DNA of 60,523 nucleotides from a candidate division Hyd24-12 bacterium UBA5074 (lineage in GTDB: Bacteria; Fermentibacterota; Fermentibacteria; Fermentibacterales; Fermentibacteraceae), in assembly GCA_002414865.1 (NCBI GenBank), contig DIAQ01000108.1, forward strand, positions 471-60,993, written 5' to 3'. A program made the translations under genes and the position numbers. Numbering within the stretch: position 1 is the stretch's first letter; every line of letters begins with the position of its first letter. The notes under the pieces are model-generated. The model was not told the origin of the DNA, ran no database searches, and saw only the letters and a list, made by a program, of their open reading frames with translations. Shown here one piece after another: positions 55,556 to 60,523 of this stretch.

Positions 55556-56418
55556 CGGGGCGCATCCACGCGGGCTACGCAGTCATCGCCGGGGCCGCCA
55601 ACAGCGGAAAATCGAGCCTTATCAACGCCATGACTGGTTTCGCCCTGTCCCCGGTCACGGAGCACCCCGGCACGACCAGGGTCCCCGTGACCGCCGTGCT
55701 CTCCCGTCCGGACGTTCAGATCTGCCTGATAGACACCCCTCCGATGGAGTTCGCCGCCACACTCGACCTCATGAGCTGGATGGATGCCCTCTGTCTGGTC
55801 GTGGACTGCAGGAGCATCGAGACGGGTCTGGCATCCCGGGATGTGGACAGGCTGATGGAAGAGTTCTCGGAAAGGCCTGTCGTGCTGGCGCTCACCCACT
55901 CGGACCACTTCCCCGGTGCGCTGCACAGGGCGCTCGCGGTCAGGGCCGGGTATCTGCGGGAGTTCGCCGCCGTATGTCCGGTCTGTCCGCTGCTGGGCTC
56001 GGGAGTCGACGACCTGCGCAAGGCGATTTCCGCGCAGCTCCCGGTCAGGAGGAGGCTGTTCCCGGAGGACTGCAGGACGCTCCACTCCGACAGGTTCCTC
56101 GTCTCGGAGATGATCAGGACGCGCCTCTACGAGGTGCTGCCGGCCGAGATAGCCTCCGGCACGGCTGTGCAGATAGAGGAGTATTCGCTGCGCGACGCCA
56201 AGACCTATGTGCGCGCCAACCTGCTGGTCGCCAGACACAGCAGCAAGGGCATGGTGATAGGCCGCAAGGGCCAGACTCTCCAGCGGATCGTCGAGACCAC
56301 CGTCAGGAGCGCCCTGGATCTCCTCGGGAGGCAGATCAGCCTCGACCTGTGGGTCAAGGTCAGGGAATCCTGGCCCGACAACCCCCACGACCTTCTGGAA
56401 TTCGGCTATGTCCGCTGA
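55552..56418 (+). CDS. era: Era-family GTPase with divergent G motifs and KH domain
   Basis: AGAANSGKSS, PGTTR, DTPP, THSD, SEMIR, KGMVIGRKG, LDLWVKVRESW, EFGY. Confidence 0.8.
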   Translation: MTGRIHAGYAVIAGAANSGKSSLINAMTGFALSPVTEHPGTTRVPVTAVLSRPDVQICLIDTPPMEFAATLDLMSWMDALCLVVDCRSIETGLASRDVDRLMEEFSERPVVLALTHSDHFPGALHRALAVRAGYLREFAAVCPVCPLLGSGVDDLRKAISAQLPVRRRLFPEDCRTLHSDRFLVSEMIRTRLYEVLPAEIASGTAVQIEEYSLRDAKTYVRANLLVARHSSKGMVIGRKGQTLQRIVETTVRSALDLLGRQISLDLWVKVRESWPDNPHDLLEFGYVR

Positions 56419-57154
56419 AGCCTGCAGGATCTCCCTCGAAGCCTTCGAAGGGCCCCTCGACCTCCTGCTCTATCTCATAAGACGCGAGGAGCTGGACATC
56501 CGCGAGGTCTCCGTCGCGCGGGTCGCCGACCAGTACCTCGAATACGTGCGGCAGGCCGAGGAGCTGGACCTGGACGTCGCGAGCGAATACCTCGTGATGG
56601 CCGCCACCCTTGCCGGCATCAAGAGCAGGGCGCTGCTGCCCGGAAGGGGTGATCTCCAGGAGGAGCAGGAGAGTTCCGCAGAGGAGCTCCTGAGGCAGCT
56701 CGAGCTCTACAAGGCGTTCAGGGAGGTGGCCGAGGAGCTCCGCGACAGCGAGGCGACCTGGCGGAACGCCTTCCCGGCCCCTGGCGAGAGGGAGCGATGG
56801 TCCGCCGAGAGCCCGGTACGGCTCGCCGGGCAATACACGATCGTCGACCTCCTGGAAGCCCTCGAAGAGCTGTCTGCCGAAGCCGCGCCGGAAAGCTCCG
56901 AGACACTCGAGAGGCCCAGGCTGACAATAGCGTCGTGCATCTCCTCGATCTCGACATCGCTCGCCCCGGGCGGCTGGGTCCCCCTGGGGCAGATCGTCGG
57001 GGCAGGCTCGTCGAGGCTGAGGCTCGTGGGTTTCTTCGTGGCGATCCTCGAGCTCGTGAGGAGGGGATGGGTGTCCTTCAGCCAGAAGTCCCCGTTCGGC
57101 GAGCTGAGACTGCGCAGAACAGGGCGGTGGAGCGAGGAATGCTCGACAGGCTGA
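56408..57154 (+). CDS. scpA: Segregation and condensation protein A
   Basis: FEGPLDLLLYLI, SEYLVMAATL...KSRALLP, FVAILEL, FSQKSPFGE. Confidence 0.93.
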   Translation: MSAEACRISLEAFEGPLDLLLYLIRREELDIREVSVARVADQYLEYVRQAEELDLDVASEYLVMAATLAGIKSRALLPGRGDLQEEQESSAEELLRQLELYKAFREVAEELRDSEATWRNAFPAPGERERWSAESPVRLAGQYTIVDLLEALEELSAEAAPESSETLERPRLTIASCISSISTSLAPGGWVPLGQIVGAGSSRLRLVGFFVAILELVRRGWVSFSQKSPFGELRLRRTGRWSEECSTG

Positions 57155-57711
57155 CGAGGAGTATCGAGGCGCTGCTGTTCGCCTCGGACAGGCCGCTTTC
57201 CCTGCAGGACCTGTGCGAGCTGACGGGATGCGGTCCCGATGCGGCCGCAGGCGCTCTCGAGCAGCTGAGGGAGGCCTTCGAGGAGATCGGCTCATCCATC
57301 ATCCTGGCCGAGCTGGCGGGCGGCTGGAGGTTCGTGACCGATCCCTCCCTGGGCGACGTCGTTTCGCAGCTATTCGAGGACAGGAGGCCCGGGAAGCTCA
57401 GCAGGGCATCGATCGAGACGCTTGCGGTTATAGCCTACAACCAGCCCTGCACGAAGGCGGCGGTGGAGGCCATAAGGGGAGTGGACTGCGACAGCGCCGT
57501 GCGGTCCCTTCTCGAGAGAGGCCTCGTTAGGATCTGTGGCCGCCAGGAAACCGCGGGCAGGCCGCTCACCTATGCGACGACAGACCAGTTCCTCTCCTCC
57601 TTCGGGCTCCTGGACCTCGAACACCTCCCCCGGCGCAGGGAGATCGACGAGATACTCGCCTCCGGCCCTCCCGCAGAGGAATCCGGTGAGCTCTTCCCGC
57701 ACGAGGGATGA
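57139..57711 (+). CDS. scpB: Segregation and condensation protein B
   Basis: IEALLFAS, LSRASIETLAVIAYNQP, IRGVD, GRPLTYATT...FL. Confidence 0.94.
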   Translation: MLDRLTRSIEALLFASDRPLSLQDLCELTGCGPDAAAGALEQLREAFEEIGSSIILAELAGGWRFVTDPSLGDVVSQLFEDRRPGKLSRASIETLAVIAYNQPCTKAAVEAIRGVDCDSAVRSLLERGLVRICGRQETAGRPLTYATTDQFLSSFGLLDLEHLPRRREIDEILASGPPAEESGELFPHEG

Positions 57712-58444
57712 GGGGCCGGGCACCAGGCTCAACAGGTATCTGGCGAGATGCGGCGCCTCCTCGCGCAGGGGCTGCGACGCGCTGATCGAGAAGGGGCTCG
57801 TCTCGATCAACGGAAGGCGCGCCGACAGCCCCGGGATGCGCGTCATGCCCGGAGATGCCGTGGAATGCGGCGGCCGCATCCTGGTTCTCCCGCCGATGGC
57901 CACCGCCGCGTTCAACAAGCCTGTCGGCATGGAGGTCACACTTGCCGGCGACAGCGGCAGAGGCATCAGGAAGGTCCTCTCCGCGATGCCTGCGGGCTGC
58001 GTTCCGGTGGGACGGCTCGACATCAACACCTCCGGTCTCCTCCTGCTCTCGAACGACGGCGAGCTGGTCTTCAGGCTTTCCCATCCGCGCTGGTGCGTCG
58101 AGAGGGAATACCTCCTGTACCTGGAGAAGCCCCCTTCGCAACCCGCTCTTGCAGGCCTCGGGAGAGGCGTCCTGATCGGCCCGGGACAGGTCTGCCGACC
58201 GATCCGCTTCGAGCGCTCGGGGCCCCTGGGGCTGAAGCTCGTCCTGGGACAGGGGAGGCACCATGAGGTCAGGCGCCTGGCCGAGGCCGCCGGGCTCGCC
58301 CTGGCAGGCCTGGAACGCCTCAGATACGGTCCTGTGTCCCTGGGGGGGCTGGGGCGCGGGGGCAGACGGCTCCTGGCCGGGGACGAGCTGGAAAAGCTCT
58401 ACCGGTGCGTTGATCTCGAGCCTCCGGACTCCTCCAGGCCTTGA
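57686..58444 (+). CDS. rluB: RluB/RsuA-family rRNA pseudouridine synthase
   Basis: S4 domain RLNRYLARCGASSRR; FNKP, GRLDINTSGLLLLSNDG, HPR, GRHHEVRR; in-frame GTG at 57686 with GAGGA RBS. Confidence 0.88.
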   Translation: MSSSRTRDEGPGTRLNRYLARCGASSRRGCDALIEKGLVSINGRRADSPGMRVMPGDAVECGGRILVLPPMATAAFNKPVGMEVTLAGDSGRGIRKVLSAMPAGCVPVGRLDINTSGLLLLSNDGELVFRLSHPRWCVEREYLLYLEKPPSQPALAGLGRGVLIGPGQVCRPIRFERSGPLGLKLVLGQGRHHEVRRLAEAAGLALAGLERLRYGPVSLGGLGRGGRRLLAGDELEKLYRCVDLEPPDSSRP

Positions 58445-58469
58445 CGAAAGGTCCTAGGGGACCGATACT
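58441..58469 (+). promoter_or_regulatory. Putative sigma70 promoter for cmk-plsC-rpsA
   Basis: TTGACG-N17-GATACT; the -35 box overlaps the rluB stop. Confidence 0.6.
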
Positions 58470-58502
58470 TGCGCCAATTCACAAGAAGGGGCGTGACCTT
58501 GA

Positions 58503-59168
58503 CTGGCTGATGTCATCGCCATAGACGGCCCGGCGGCGTCGGGGAAGAGCACGACTGCGAGGCTGCTGGCCGGGAAACTCGGTTTCGAGTACCTCGATAC
58601 CGGGGCTATGTACAGGGCCGTCGCCCTGCTGTGCATCCGAAGGGGCATCCCTCTCGAAGACTCCGCTGCGGTATCTGCAGCGGCATCCTCATGCAAGATC
58701 GAATTCAACTCGGGCGCCATCCTCCTGGATGGCGAGGACGTTTCCGCGCCGATTCGCACGCCAGGCGCAGGGGAGGCTGCCAGCATCGTGTCCGCCGTCC
58801 CTGCCGTCAGGGCTGCGATGGTGAGCCTGCAGCGCTGCTTTGCATCTGGCAGACCGGTGGTGGCGGAGGGCCGCGACATGGGCACGGTGGTCTTCCCGCA
58901 GGCGAGGTTGAAGGTTTTCGTGATCGCCGACTTCGCCGTTCGGGTTGTGAGGAGGCTGCGGGAGCTCGCTAAGGCGGGTGAGCGCTCCTCCTTCGACGAC
59001 GTCGCGTCCGCCATGCTCAGGAGGGACCGGCGCGACAGGGAACGGCTCGACAGCCCTCTCCGGCCGTGTCCGGAGTCGCTGTGGCTGGACACCACGCTCA
59101 TGTCCGTGGACGAGCAGGTCGAGCATGCCGCTGCCATGTATTCCGCTCTCCGGGGGGTCGCGTCTTGA
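58503..59168 (+). CDS. cmk: Cytidylate kinase (start anomalous: CTG or 1-nt indel)
   Basis: IAIDGPAASGKST, LDTGAMYR, VAEGRDMGTVVFP, RDRRD, LDTT; in-frame TGA at 58500 with no ATG/GTG/TTG before the P-loop. Confidence 0.9.
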   Translation: MADVIAIDGPAASGKSTTARLLAGKLGFEYLDTGAMYRAVALLCIRRGIPLEDSAAVSAAASSCKIEFNSGAILLDGEDVSAPIRTPGAGEAASIVSAVPAVRAAMVSLQRCFASGRPVVAEGRDMGTVVFPQARLKVFVIADFAVRVVRRLRELAKAGERSSFDDVASAMLRRDRRDRERLDSPLRPCPESLWLDTTLMSVDEQVEHAAAMYSALRGVAS

Positions 59169-59797
59169 TCAGCGATGCCCTGGTGCACAGGATCCAGGTG
59201 GCGGTGCGCCGGCTCATGGAGCTGCTCTTCGGCATGCGCGTCACAGGTGCCGGGAACGTTCCGGTCGAGGGGCCTCTCCTCGTGGCCTGCAACCACATCT
59301 CTGAGATGGATCCGCCCGTGCTGGCCTGCGCCATGCCTCGCACGCTCCACTTCATGGCGAAGAAGGAGCTGTTCTCGAACCGCCTGCTCGACCGTTTCTT
59401 CAGGAATGTCCGGGCCTTTCCGGTCGACAGGGGGACCGCCGACAGACAGGCCATCCGCACCGCCAGCGATCTCCTTTCGTCCGGAGAGGCGGTGGCGATC
59501 TTCCCCGAGGGGACCCGGAGCGTCGACGGCCGGCAGCTCGCCCCGCGCCCGGGCCTGGGCCTGCTCGCGCTGTCGACCGGAGCGCCCGTCCTGCCGGTCT
59601 ACGTCTCGGGGACGGACAGGCTCTTCCTGTCAGTATTCCAGAGACCGGGATTCAGGGTTGTATTCGGGAGCATCATCCCCGGAAGCGAATTCATCGGGTA
59701 TCGAGGAGTGAAGGGTGGTTACGCAACCGTCTCGCGACTCGTCATGGACGCGATCCAGAGTCTCGCGGACGCAACGGGCCCCGCAGCCCGCCCGTGA
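59165..59797 (+). CDS. plsC: 1-acyl-sn-glycerol-3-phosphate acyltransferase
   Basis: NHISEMD, FMAKKELF, FPVDR, FPEGTRS; TTG overlaps the cmk TGA. Confidence 0.92.
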   Translation: MISDALVHRIQVAVRRLMELLFGMRVTGAGNVPVEGPLLVACNHISEMDPPVLACAMPRTLHFMAKKELFSNRLLDRFFRNVRAFPVDRGTADRQAIRTASDLLSSGEAVAIFPEGTRSVDGRQLAPRPGLGLLALSTGAPVLPVYVSGTDRLFLSVFQRPGFRVVFGSIIPGSEFIGYRGVKGGYATVSRLVMDAIQSLADATGPAARP

Positions 59798-59808
59798 AAG
59801 GAAGGACA

Positions 59809-60523
59809 GTGGAAGGCAAGGAGTTCATCGTCGGCCTCACAGAGGACGAAATCGAGAGGATGGAGGGTCAGGAGTACACCAGGGAGCAGAGGAAGCTCCT
59901 GGAGGAATCCTACGAGAAGACCCTGACGACCACGGAGGTCAAGGTGGGGAGCATCGTCTCCGGCACGATCCTCCAGAAGGTCGGCAACGAGGTCATCGTC
60001 GACATCGGATACAAGAGCGAGGGCGTCATTCCCATCTCCGAGTTCCGCGAGGACGAGGAGATAGTGCAGGGCCTCCAGGTGGACGTCTTCATCGAGAGCC
60101 TCGAAGATCCCGACGGGAGGGTGGCCGTCTCCAAGGAGAAGGCCCACTTCCACAAGGTCTGGACGGACATCAAGGCCGCCTATGACAACGGCACCATCCT
60201 GCGCGGAACGGTGATCAAGCGCATAAAGGGCGGACTCGTCGTCCGCATCATGGGTGTCGATGCCTTCCTGCCCGGCTCGCAGGTCGCCCTGCGCCAGGTT
60301 CCCAACCTGGAGAAGTTCATCGCTCAGAAGCTCGAGTTCCGGGTGATCAAGCTGAACAAGCGCCGCCGCAACATAGTCGTGAGCCGCAGGCAGGTTCTCG
60401 AGGAGGCGCGCTCCGAGCAGAAGGAGAAGTTGATCAGGGAGCTCGAGGAGGGCCAGGTCCGCACCGGCGTGGTGAAGAACATCACCGACTTCGGAGCGTT
60501 CGTGGACCTGGGCGGCATCGACG
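59809..60523 (+). CDS. rpsA: 30S ribosomal protein S1, partial, runs off the right edge
   Basis: Manual translation from GTG 59809: VDIGYKSEGVIP, VSKEKA, IKGGL, AFLPGSQV, NIVVSRR, VKNITDFGAFVDLGGID. Confidence 0.97.
   Translation, partial: MEGKEFIVGLTEDEIERMEGQEYTREQRKLLEESYEKTLTTTEVKVGSIVSGTILQKVGNEVIVDIGYKSEGVIPISEFREDEEIVQGLQVDVFIESLEDPDGRVAVSKEKAHFHKVWTDIKAAYDNGTILRGTVIKRIKGGLVVRIMGVDAFLPGSQVALRQVPNLEKFIAQKLEFRVIKLNKRRRNIVVSRRQVLEEARSEQKEKLIRELEEGQVRTGVVKNITDFGAFVDLGGID

Noticed and set aside
57708-57786. ATG overlapping the scpB stop as a start for rluB, implying a frameshift
   Set aside because: That ATG opens a short out-of-frame ORF. An in-frame GTG at 57686 with a GAGGA RBS explains rluB without a frameshift.
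58500-58502. In-frame TGA upstream of cmk read as selenocysteine or an alternative genetic code
   Set aside because: TGA is a normal stop throughout the window, and Cmk homologues start only a few residues before the P-loop.
1-60523. Mobile elements, prophage, CRISPR arrays, rRNA/tRNA, defence systems
   Set aside because: No transposase, integrase, phage, cas or toxin-antitoxin motifs, and no regular repeat arrays were seen.

Overview
GC-rich chromosomal backbone with about 60 tightly packed, often translationally coupled CDS. I found no rRNA, tRNA, CRISPR array, transposase, integrase or phage gene. The window runs from a partial glgB at the left edge to a partial rpsA at the right edge. 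Main blocks: PilZ-PorV-like-polyprenol kinase-miaB-GT9; xseAB; a nucleoside kinase; two tail-to-tail proteins with T9SS/Por-type C-terminal sorting domains (an M1 aminopeptidase and a 2x[4Fe-4S] ferredoxin); trmH/comEC; galE-like/gmhB divergent from a ddl-ltaE-gnnA-like-lpxB-(DUF374/LpxJ-WaaA fusion)-lpxK-nadB-nlpC operon; lipM-like/lipA/dusB; PorV-like-surE-two transglutaminase-like genes-GT-C/TPR-murJ-uvrC; mutL-miaA-ParB-like/TPR; pgi; purN; M15 and YkuD peptidases; a degenerate era; scpAB-rluB; cmk-plsC-rpsA. Inference: a diderm, LPS-producing, non-Bacteroidota member of the FCB superphylum (e.g. Ca. Fermentibacterota-like), because T9SS-type genes co-occur with SD sequences and sigma70 -35/-10 promoters. 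All product calls come from motif recognition by eye, with no database searches. Several starts were re-called from the ORF track. Best leads: a signal-peptide ferredoxin with a T9SS sorting domain; an 18-bp perfect inverted repeat covering the RBS and ATG of two divergent envelope operons (possible invertible promoter); a ParB-like/TPR protein lacking the CTPase motif; an active plus catalytically dead transglutaminase pair; an Era with altered G3/G4/G5 motifs; and a structured 200-nt intergenic RNA candidate.
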